Shown here: positions 53,737 to 64,000 of the stretch, one piece after another | Numbering within the stretch: the stretch's first letter is position 1 | Layout: each line of letters opens with the position of its first letter | Assembly (NCBI RefSeq): GCF_009914755.1 | Contig: NC_060933.1 | Source of the DNA: the human T2T-CHM13v2.0 reference genome, Homo sapiens | Direction: 5' to 3' (one strand) | DNA length: 64,000 nt | Made by a program: the position numbers and the translations under genes | The notes under the pieces: generated by a model | Database searches by the model: none | Seen by the model: only the letters and a program-made list of their open reading frames with translations | What the model was told of the DNA's origin: nothing

Positions 53737-54346
53737 TAAGTTTGATTCAAAGCTTGACCCAAGTGCAATTTGGGGAAGATTATCTGTTTTATTCAAATCT
53801 GGCATAAGCAGCAACATTTTACATTCTGCTGAAAACAAAGGGCATTGTTACTTCCTCCTGAGGTAAGGTTTCTTTATCTAACTTTATTGTATTAGCAACT
53901 ATAAGAGAATGTGAAAGTTCAAATATTTTACCTTTTTATTCCTTCAGTGATTTTAGGTTTGTTTCATTGTTCCTATCCTGTGGGTTGGGTCACTATATAA
54001 AGATAGATTATACTCAGTAATTTCTTAAAAATTTTGTATGAGTTTGTTTACATAATAGATCTTATTGGTGTTAACTTCCTTTTCTCTAGAGAGCAAACTA
54101 GACAAATGGTTCAGATATAATATAGATCAAAGCAAATATATTGTTTGCTGTTGGCTAGAGGCCAATAATTTAAAGGCTAATATGTCAGAAACTATGCTAG
54201 TACAAGTAGATTTCATCAGTATATGGCCTAAAATGTAAATATTCATTATGTATTAAACAGTATAATCTTATCCAAATAGGTTCTTCATACTCATATTTTA
54301 CCTTGTTCCCTGACACAAATATCTAGGGCTTCCATTAATAAGGGTC

Positions 54347-54737
54347 TGATAGGATTTGCCTCTGTGTTCCTGCTCAAATATCATGTCAAATTGTAATCCC
54401 TTATGTTGGAGGTGGGGGGCCTAGTGGGAGGTGATTGGATCATGGGGGAAAATTTCCCCTTTGGTGCTGTTCTTGTGATAGTGAGTGAGTGATTGCAAGA
54501 TCTGGTTCTTTAAAAGTGTGTATCACCTCTCACCCCTTCCACTTCCTTCTGCTCCAGGCATGTAAGATGTGACTGCTTCCCTTTTGCCTTCCATCATGAT
54601 TGTTAAGTTTCCTGAGGCCTTTCCAGAAGCAGAAGCCTGCATAGCCTTCAGGACTGTGATCAAATTAAAACTCTTCCCTTCATCAATTACCCAGTTTCAG
54701 GTATTTCTTTATAGCAGTGTGAGAATGGACTAATATA
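54347..54737 (+). mobile_element. MST-type (MSTA-like) MaLR solo LTR
   Basis: TGATAGGATTTG...GAGAATGGACTAATATA, ATTAAA near 54664, perfect 5-bp TSD GGGTC. Confidence 0.9.
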
Positions 54738-57700
54738 GGGTCTCTTTCCATCAGCCATCAACTTTTAACTACATTTTATATTTAGAAGTGTAAATACTCA
54801 GCTTCTTTGGAGAATAACTAATTATGGGCTCCTATAAGTCATGCAAATTGAAGACAAGTAGACATACCTTGTTTTATAGGGAAGAAAGGTGTCAGAGATT
54901 GTTTTATATACTTTTTCCAAGGCTGTCTCTCCCAAAACTCTTTTCCATGCTGTGCTCCATATTGGTAAACTAGCATAACAGTAGGAAGCGTCCTGGGAGA
55001 AAAGCCATTTACCGATCCTCTTTTGGAATTTGGTCTTACAACATTTCAAATGAATGGATATGATACTGACAGAACTTTGGGCAATAAAATATAACAAGTG
55101 TCTCAAAGAAAAACAAACATGAGTAAGATATTTGGATTGGTGACCTTGGCTACAGAGTAACAAACGGACTTGGGGCCGCTAATTTTCTGAAACAATTAGG
55201 TGGAGGTCAAAAGCTCACAAATATTCAGGAAACTCCACTTGAGAGTATGAATATAAAGTAGGATCCTGTAGGCTTAGAAGCCTAAATGTGGAAGACAGTG
55301 GCAATACAAAGCTGAGAGAATAAGATTAATTTAAAAAGAAAACCCAATGTAATTAAATGAGTAGAAGCAGGAGGTGTACCAGTGGGCCTGCATCCACCTT
55401 TCTTAGATATAAATACGTCCTTAGTGGTAACAGTAGCAGTGAACAAAGAGAACTCCTCCAAAGCTATTCATGGCTGTTTAAACAGCATTTACCCAGAACG
55501 TCACATCCCAATGTTTCAGATTTCTAGTAACAATTTTGTCATTTTTCAGCTTCAAATCATCTAAGTCTGTGTACTGATTTCAGGGCAAGTGACAGGAAAT
55601 AATGGAACTTGCCCTTTGCATAAAAATTAGCTTCAGGATTCTCTTAACACTCAAGAGATCTGGCAAGAACTTCAACAGGTATATGCTGGACTTCATCCAA
55701 ATCTATACATGTTCATTACTATGCATAGAATCTCAAAACAATATAGCACTTCAAAAGTGTAATACTGTGCATTGCATTTAATGAGAATAAAAAAGAGAGA
55801 AGTCAATAAGATAGATATTATCAAATAAATGTTTGAAACAATACACTTAATGAAAGATTTGGGCAGACAGTGAAATATTCATGAAGAAGCCTGAATCTTA
55901 GATGGGTCCTGATTTAGAAAATATGATTGAGAAAAGTTGCAGAAATGTGGATCAACACTACTTATTTAGGAGAGAAAAAACAGACCAACTGGCTAAATCA
56001 GATGGCTTGTAAAATAATAAAATAAAAGTGACAGAAGTTACCTAGGCATCCAAATATATTTGAACCTTATATGGATGGGTTTAAAAGGTAGCATTCAATA
56101 TGGTCCACAGAATAAATACGTATAAATGAATTACCAAAGTTGCGGGTGTTTTTCCCCCACACTGTTGGGAATTGACTCTAAGTACATTAGAAATTGATGG
56201 CATATGTCATCCAGTCTAGGCTTACAGTATTAATGAAATTAGTTGATGTGCTCAATGTGCATAAAAATGGTATTAAACACATACTCCCTCCCAGAAATAC
56301 AGAATATCAATTTCATTGAACTTGGCATAATTCCATAAAAATCTAATTTAATATTTAAGGCTATCTAAAAGTCAGAAATAAAACACCCTATGTAAACAAT
56401 GACCTCCAAAATTTGTATGTATAATTCCAGGTATGTATATATTGCTATAATTTTCATCACATCTAAGTATTTTTTCATGAACATCTTCTTTATATATCAA
56501 AATATATCTATGTCATCTAGTAATAAAATCATCTAAATGTAAATAACCATTTCTCTATCAGATTTTTGTTCTCTCAGACTTAATTTTTTTATTCAGTTAC
56601 TATTTTTGCCCTTAAAATGATATGTAAGGCAGAAGTTTCTCATAAAACATGTGCTCAAATATTTTTCCCCTTAGAAAAGTTTTAATAATGAGTAAAGTTG
56701 TATATTTTAAGAATTTTAAAGAATCATGGTATTAATATTATAGGCCCTTGCATATAGATACATGTAGTATGCACTCATTTTATTTCATTAAAGGTGTGTG
56801 CTTCCAAAACAGTTACTAAGTTTTATTATATCCTACTGGAAATCCCTTTGTGTTATTTAATTTGTTTAATGGCATAATAATGTATTATAAGAACATGGGT
56901 CTAGAGCTACAGATATTTTTTAATTAACAGAATCTCTTCAGTCTTATTTCCACTCTTTCTATTCTACTCTAATTTTGAACCAGACTCTCATCTCCCACCT
57001 AAACACTAAGATTTGCGTGGTTTTCTTGCTTTCAGGCATCTTTCACTTTGAAAATACAATGATCCTCTTTAATTATACTGTCTCAAGTCCTTTCATTGAC
57101 TGAAGTATTTTAGTTATTCTGCAACAAGTGCAGGCATGTGTCTACCAATGTACTTAAACTTATATCTATGTCCTCAGTTGCCAAGGAAATGCTTATGAAA
57201 CAATTTTTATTACAGACATCACTAATTTTGTTGATTCAACATATCACAGAAAAAATCTTCATGAAATACAGTAAAAAGGAATTACTAGACAGTAAAATGT
57301 AGAAACAAAGATTTAAAAATACAAAGTCATTTAAATTATTGCGTTCCACAGATAAGAAGTAAGTCCAACAAATTTCCATAAAAATCAATAAACTCATACT
57401 CTCAATTTCTGCACTCATTTTGTCACAGAGCAGCAGTTAAAAGTTTTCAGAGTGGCTCTGATCATTGGACCACATTTTGAGTAGCAATACATTGAAAGAT
57501 ATGCAAAGCCACAGAACTATCTCCCTGAATAATGGCCATTAGTAAAAAAACTTTTTGAATAATTGTCACTGATTTTCACACTTCAAAGTATTGCCACTTA
57601 GCATCTAAACTATATTATAAAATATCTATGGTTTTTCTCTGTGTGGGTATAGTAAACTAGAAGAGAAGGCATTTTTAGAGTTAGTGAGTAAATAGTAAAG

Positions 57701-58479
57701 TTTTATTTTTATTTATTTAGGAACCTAATATCAGATACAGCGGGGTTAGGTATGGTATGATGGGACCAAGGCCACATTACAGCCTGGTCTTTATAAGCAA
57801 AATTGGTCAACTGCAAAAGTAGGGCAGGTAGCCAATACGTGCCAGAAAAATGAGCAAAATTAGAATCATGGAACCATTAATACCCACTGAACAAAATATG
57901 TATGCTATTCAGTCTCAGTTTAGATAATACAGGCAAAAATCTATAGGTTCTAAGATCATATTGATCTGAATATGGTTCAGTTTTATCTATATTTAATTTC
58001 AAATTTTTCCCTCTTCAAAACCAAAAGATTTCTGAGACCTATGTAGCAGCATTATATAATGAAGTGGAGCACTCTTTGGAATTCCGGCAGATAGAACTGG
58101 AAGACAAAACAGAGCTTTCTCTTTCGTTACCTATGAACATGTCAGGAGAACAGCATTAGAGTTTAGTGTTGAGGAGAGGTTGATTTTTAGAGCTCTATGA
58201 CTACTGAAATTACTGTATAAATTAGTTCCTATGTACTCATTGACAGTGAGGTAGAAGACATTCTGATTCTCCAAAGCAAAAATAAGCTATATGCATAAGC
58301 TGTGCCTTACCTGTCTCTAAAAGTACAAGGAGGGTAGAAAGCAAACAGCCTTATAAGGGGTTCCACAGTAAGCCTGCCACAGTATGCCAAGGCAAGAGAA
58401 GAAGAGATCTGCTAGCCTCTTCCCACCTGTGGATTTCTCACTACAAAATTCTTCAAACAACTGCTTTTAAATTCCAGTT

Positions 58480-59590
58480 AGCGAAGTGCAGTTTGAATGC
58501 AACAAAATTAACTGTTTGTTATAACATTAAGCCGATACTCTTCAGAGGCATATAAAAGAGTACAGTCTCTGCAACATAACTTTTACAGAATCCATATTAC
58601 AATCCAAAATGACTTCATATATGGAACACAAGGAAAATGTGAATTATTCTCAAAAGAAAAGGCCATCTGAGATAACACAGACATTGGAATTAAACAATAT
58701 TTTAAGGTGGCGATTATAAATATGCTCAAAAATGTGTAATAAAACATACTCACAGTGAAAGAAGATAGAAAATACTTTCCAGATATATTAATTATGAAAA
58801 AAACTTAGAAACTTTAAATGGAAACATTTAAATTGAATAATGCAATATCTGAAATAAATAGTTCATGGATATGCTAAAGAACAGAATGGGGAAGGCAGAG
58901 AAAAGCATCAGTTAACCTGGATATACATTAATCGAACTCATCCTATTTCAAGAACAGTAAAAAAACTGGAAAAATAAACAAACAGTCTCACTGTGGGATA
59001 ATATCAGAAACTATAATATGCATGTAATTGGAGTCTCAGAAGAAGAAGAGTAAGAGAATAGGGCAGAAAAAGCATTTGAAGAAATAATCTCCATATTTTC
59101 TCCATTTATTTAAAGATATAAACTTGTGGCTTCAATAAGGCCAGTGAACTCCAAGCAACACATATATGAAGAAAACCACACCTAGGCACATCATAGTCCA
59201 ATTGATGAGATCCAAAGATAAAGAGAAAATCTTGAAGGCAAAAAAAAAAAATGAAAAAATACCAATATATTACATAAGAGGCGACTGCAACTTGGCTGAC
59301 CACTTGCTCCTTATCAGAGACTATAGAGGCCATAAGACTATGAAACAATAGCTTTAAAGTGCTAAAAGATACAAAAGTAATTATATAAACCAACATCATA
59401 ACCAAGAATTTTATATTCCACAGAAATATTCTTCTAGAATGAAAGATAAATAAAGACGTTTCTGGTAAAAGAAATCTAAGAAATGCTTCACTAGCAGACC
59501 TGCACTACCAGATATATTAAGGAATGTTCCTGAGGCTGCACAGAAATAATAATATATGAAAATTAGGCTCTTCAGCAAAGAAAGGACATA
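58480..59590 (+). mobile_element. Old L1M ORF1 remnant
   Basis: 'KKTTPRHIIVQLMRSKDKEKILKA' and 'atgtaattggagtctcagaagaagaagag'. Confidence 0.8.
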
Positions 59591-59632
59591 AGAGAAAATG
59601 ATGCTGATATTTGTCGCAAAAATTAAAATTTT

Positions 59633-59996
59633 TGTTGGACAGGTAATATAACATCCTGGTCCTTCTTCAAGGAAAAACTATTTCTAAGTTCCCCCAAAGC
59701 TGGCAGTGTTGTACAGAAATGGCCTTTAGTTGACAGCAACTTCTGGGGTCACTTCAGGTAGATATTCTTTACATGTAATTACTATTCAAGGTGGAGACAT
59801 AAGTGTCTAGTCAGTTGTGAACACACAATAACCCTGATGGGCCATTTCAGCTTCAGAGCTCCTGATAGGGTAGGTTGGCCCTTCTGGGTCTGTGTTGCAG
59901 GTAGACTACTCCCTCTACGCAATTGTTTTGCCTCACCCTCCTTCTACAGGTGTTATTCCAAGGAACAATACCTGAGAAATGTAATGTACACTAAAA
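59633..59996 (+). mobile_element. LTR16-like ERVL LTR
   Basis: 'ggccatttcagcttcagagctcc...tactccctctacgcaattg...acaggtgttattccaagga'. Confidence 0.6.
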
Positions 59997-60318
59997 TGTA
60001 ATTAAAATAAAAGAAAATATGCCCTTTAAGGTAAAAATCATTGGACAGGATAAAAGGACATTGGGTCATGATAAAGTATATAATTTATGAAGAAAACATA
60101 GTAGTTAAAAATCTGTATGCAAACATCAAAGCAGCTAAAGACTTTTTTTTAAAGTTTAGAACCGTAAGGAGATCTTTATAAAATTTCAATTTTTTTTAGT
60201 AGGCTTCTATAAGTATCATTCATAATTGTATGGATATATTAGAAAAAATGTTAAGATAAATTTAAAATTTGGTTATATATTTAGAAATTACATACACACA
60301 AACTCATATATATATATA

Positions 60319-60649
60319 CAGTCATGCATCACTTAATGATGGGGAAACTTTCTAAAAAATGTGTTGTTGTGTAAATATAGTAGGATGTACCTCTACAAAC
60401 CTAGATGGTATAGCCTACTACACGCCTAGGCTATAAGGTATAGCCTATTGCTCCTTGACTACAAACCTGTACAGCACGTTACTGTATTGGCTTCTTTAGG
60501 CAATTGTAATACAATGGTAAATATCTGTGTTCTAAACCTGTCTAAACATAGAAGAGGTAAAGTAAAAATGCAGTATTTTAATTTTATGGGACCACTGTCT
60601 TATTCATGATCTGTTTTTGACCCAAACATTGTCATGTAGAGTATGACTG
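60319..60649 (+). mobile_element. Tigger3/MER7-like non-autonomous TcMar DNA transposon
   Basis: Terminal inverted repeats CAGTCAT...ATGACTG in TA-rich flanks; 'acaaacctagatggtatagcctactacacgcctaggcta'. Confidence 0.88.
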
Positions 60650-60678
60650 TGTATATATATATACATATATATATGTGC

Positions 60679-60711
<33 letters not shown>

Positions 60712-60748
60712 TAGTGTGTGTGTATATACATATATATACATATATGTA
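60650..60748. repeat. (TA)n/(TG)n microsatellite
   Basis: Direct observation. Confidence 0.92.
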
Positions 60749-61746
60749 TCCCTTTTATTACATATGCCTATATATGCTTTACTGGGAAAAAGAAGTAATG
60801 ATTAAATAGAAAATTTAACACTTGTAAGCTTTAAAACTTACAAGTAAAAATTTAAAACTTCTAATCAAGGAAGATTTAGAAAAATTGTAAGTAATGATGA
60901 ATTGTGACTGATTAACATTTCCCCTGAAGCTGTACAAATTGACCTTGACTTTTAAAACATGCAAGAAAGCAAAACTAAGAGCAATCAATCCAATACAAAA
61001 TGTAGCTTGTATTTAGATATTTATTTAACTACAACTGTATAGTTAACTAAATGTACATGAGACTAAACTGACAGTCTGCCAGATAGGTCCTTCTTGTCTT
61101 CAACATCATTCAGTCCCAGTATTGCATTTCCTTCAGTGATAACAAATTAAATGTGCTGCTTCCTCCTGCGCTGCAAGAAGTCTCCTGCCTGGTGTGAACA
61201 TCATTTGGCATTAACTAAGACTACCTATCTCACCAGAGATCTAGCAGTTCTATAAAAACTTTAGTTCACAGCTGTCATGTGGAATAAGCTACCAGTTGAA
61301 ATTTCTGCTTCTACTTAAAAATATCACTAACTTTAAATTTGTTCAGATATAATCAGCAAATAAATAAATCTGATTTCATTTAGTGAATGTAAACAGGTGC
61401 ATCATCAAAAACTAACAATGGGTAATAGTTTCAAATAATTGATACAATAGGAAGATATGGGAAGATTATGATAGAAGAACAAGATTTTATTCCAAAAAAG
61501 TAATGAAACTGTTGAAATCATAACATATAAATAAGGTAACTTAAAGAGAAAAGCTAAAGATTGTTTTGCTTACTTATGTTTTTAATTTTTAACTTAAGTT
61601 AAAGAACTGTATCAACATGCTGTATTTATGCTACTTTCCTAACATGCGGCTATTATACCTAATAATGTATTCTGTGTAAAGTACTAGGGATACAAATAAT
61701 AGAAATATATTGTCCTGATCTTTAAGATTCCACTGTTCAAATAAAC

Positions 61747-61915
61747 CAGTGGTTTTAATTCTGTCTGGTACTGTAATCATCTAGGATAGAGTGGTGGCCT
61801 ATAAAAATATAGATGCTCAGGTTACAACCTAGACCAATTAAATAAGAATTTCTTAAGATAGAGCTGAGAGAATGCTATGATCTAAAATATTTAAAGATTA
61901 TTTCAATGTATGCAG
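61747..61915. mobile_element. MER5-like hAT-Charlie DNA transposon fragment
   Basis: 'cagtggtttt...aaaaatatagatgctcagg...agaccaattaaataagaatttct'. Confidence 0.6.
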
Positions 61916-62691
61916 CCCACAAAAAACACACCTTTTAGAAAAACATTTTAAGTGTAAAATAAATTTTAAGATATTTTCTAATAAAACTTTAGGTTAAATA
62001 TTTAGAAATTCCTAAAATATCTAGCTTTTATTTGATCTTAATGTAAAACAATCAGTATACTCTAAGGCTACAAAATTCATCCCTTACTAAATTTGACAGA
62101 AACAAAAAAAATAGTGAAAAAAGATCTGTGATTTAGCAATAAGAACACATTATTATTCTTGTTATTGTGTCATTGAATATAACATATATAGTATGACATA
62201 TAAAACATGCACTGATACTAAGAACGACTTGATTTTTTTTACAGTATGTTTACATGTGTATAACTACAAATGAGATAAAAAATATGGAATATTTCCAGAA
62301 CTTGGAGAGTTTCACTTCTGCACTTTCCAGGCTATATCTCCCTCTACAGAAGTAATCACTAATATGACATCTATATTTATTAATTTGACTTTTATATAAC
62401 AATATGTAATGAAATCATATAAATAGAATTGTACAGTATTCAGTATATAATTTTATATCTTGTTCTTTGTAACATCTTGTTTTTGATAGAATTTAAAAAA
62501 TGTAGATAATTTTCAAATTGTCAAAAATAAAATTTAAATATCAGTATTAATTTTTTTAAACTTAATATTCATTATTAAAAAAACTATTCTTTGAGCAGTT
62601 AAATGTTATTGGCTGTGGAATTTTTCTTTGCATAAGCAATAAAAGTACATAAGGCAATAAAAGTGAATAATAGATCTTGACAAATTTATGC

Positions 62692-63190
62692 TGTGGTGAT
62701 AGATAAGCATGAATAAAGCTGCCAATTATGCCTTCTGTCCCTCCAAGAGCAGATCATTTCTCTCTGAATCCGGGCTAGTTTTGCTACTTCTTTTGTTTAT
62801 TGGAATGCAATAGAAAGGATGTTGTGCCAGTTCTGGCCTAAGTTCTTAAGGTCTTGCAGCTTTCCTCTTTACTAGTTTGTGCACTCTCTCTTGAATACTG
62901 GTCATTATATTGCAAGGAAGTCCAGGTAACTTGCTGAAAACAGAAGACTCATGGAAAGGCCCTGAAGAATGAGCCACACCACGGAGAGATGCCCCATAGA
63001 AGAAAACTGAAGTGTGCTGGCTCAGCTCACAGTTGAGTGCAAACACATGCATTATCACTGTTAACTAATATGAAGCAGAAGAACCATGTATTCAACCCAC
63101 AGAATTATGAAAAATAATACATTTGTGTTGTTTGGCTCCAATACATTTTAGAGTGGTTTGTTACACAAACAACAAATACCCATAGATGGC
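62692..63190 (+). mobile_element. MLT1 (G/H-like) MaLR LTR
   Basis: 'gtgccagttctggcctaagttcttaagg', 'caacccacagaattatgaaaaataatacatttgtgttg...gtggtttgttacac'. Confidence 0.7.
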
Positions 63191-63444
63191 TGAAAAAGAA
63201 AAAATGCACTTGGAACTCACATGAAAGCAGTCATTCGCATTGTATTTAAGAAGAACATGGAATACTTTAAAATGCAGTAGAAACTTAAATTTCTGCAATA
63301 ATTATTAAAATTTCATAAATAATAATATTTAGAAGAATGGGTCGGTATAATTTTTTAAGCAATTAAATAGCACATTTTTCTTCATTTGTTATTGATAAAA
63401 ATTTATTGTATGTCAGCTTGCAACAGTGTTCCCAGTTCTTTGCA

Positions 63445-63856
63445 TCCTTCTATTATTAGAATAATATATATCCATGCCCTTTGTACGTCCCATTAAAATG
63501 GAATTACTGCCTTTGTCCCTCTCTGGTTGTGTGGGTTTGATCATGGGATTTGCACTTGGTAATAGAATTTGAGTAGAATTAACATTAAGCCAGTTTCTAA
63601 CTGAGGCTTTGAGATATATCATATTTCTACACACTTTTCTGGCACTTCTATGGTTTGATATAAGGAAAACATACTCTACATAGCCACAGATCAATAGCTG
63701 CTGTAAACCAAACCCAGATTTTCCCTGCTGAGTACCGTAGTGCCTTAATCAAAATACCCAGGGAGCAAGAAAAATAATATCTGACTATATAAATTACTGA
63801 GGCTTTGAGGTTGTTTTTTGAGGGGAATGTAGGAGAGTTGGTAACTGACTAATACA
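63445..63856 (+). mobile_element. MLT1 (I/J-like) MaLR LTR
   Basis: 'actgaggctttgaggttgttt...taactgactaataca' terminus. Confidence 0.6.
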
Positions 63857-64000
63857 AATTTAATCATGTCCTATGTGTTATTGCAATCCCTTCATAAAAT
63901 AATACTAGTTTACAATCTTTAGAAATATCATAGCCTAATTCAGAACATTATGAGAATGATCTTGATAACACAAGTTATACAATATATACATTTTGTATAT

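Noticed and set aside
53297-55564. ORFs of 60-116 aa in non-repeat sequence (53297, 54822, 55382)
   Set aside because: No recognisable homology, splice context or promoter, and they start at non-ATG codons; lengths are compatible with chance. Small spliced exons cannot be excluded without transcript data.

Overview
Primate (human-like) genomic DNA, AT-rich and gene-desert or deep-intron in character. I found no credible host protein-coding exon, RNA gene or CpG-island promoter; the ORFs in the track that I could assign come from Alu, L1, LTR or simple-repeat sequence. The window is a layered record of mobile elements: about 10 Alus, a full-length decayed L1PA7-like LINE-1 with target-site duplication (18951-25511, minus), two 5'-inverted (twin-primed) L1 insertions, many older L1M fragments, and a THE1 MaLR provirus. 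It also holds a cluster of solo LTRs (MER52, MLT2, MER4, MLT1B, MER50, LTR8 x2, LTR1, MST, LTR16, MLT1), a Tigger3/MER7 DNA transposon, and a ~4.5 kb decayed env-less class I ERV attached to a MER31-like LTR, with readable gag, protease, RT, RNase H and integrase motifs. The most unusual signals are two independent locally templated insertions, each copied from ~0.92 kb away and each paired with a deletion: 111 bp of MER31 LTR inside the L1 5'UTR, and 213 bp of THE1 internal sequence replacing the end of the THE1 3' LTR. I see no evidence of a novel coding system. Subfamily names are from recalled consensus sequences and need a Dfam/RepeatMasker check.
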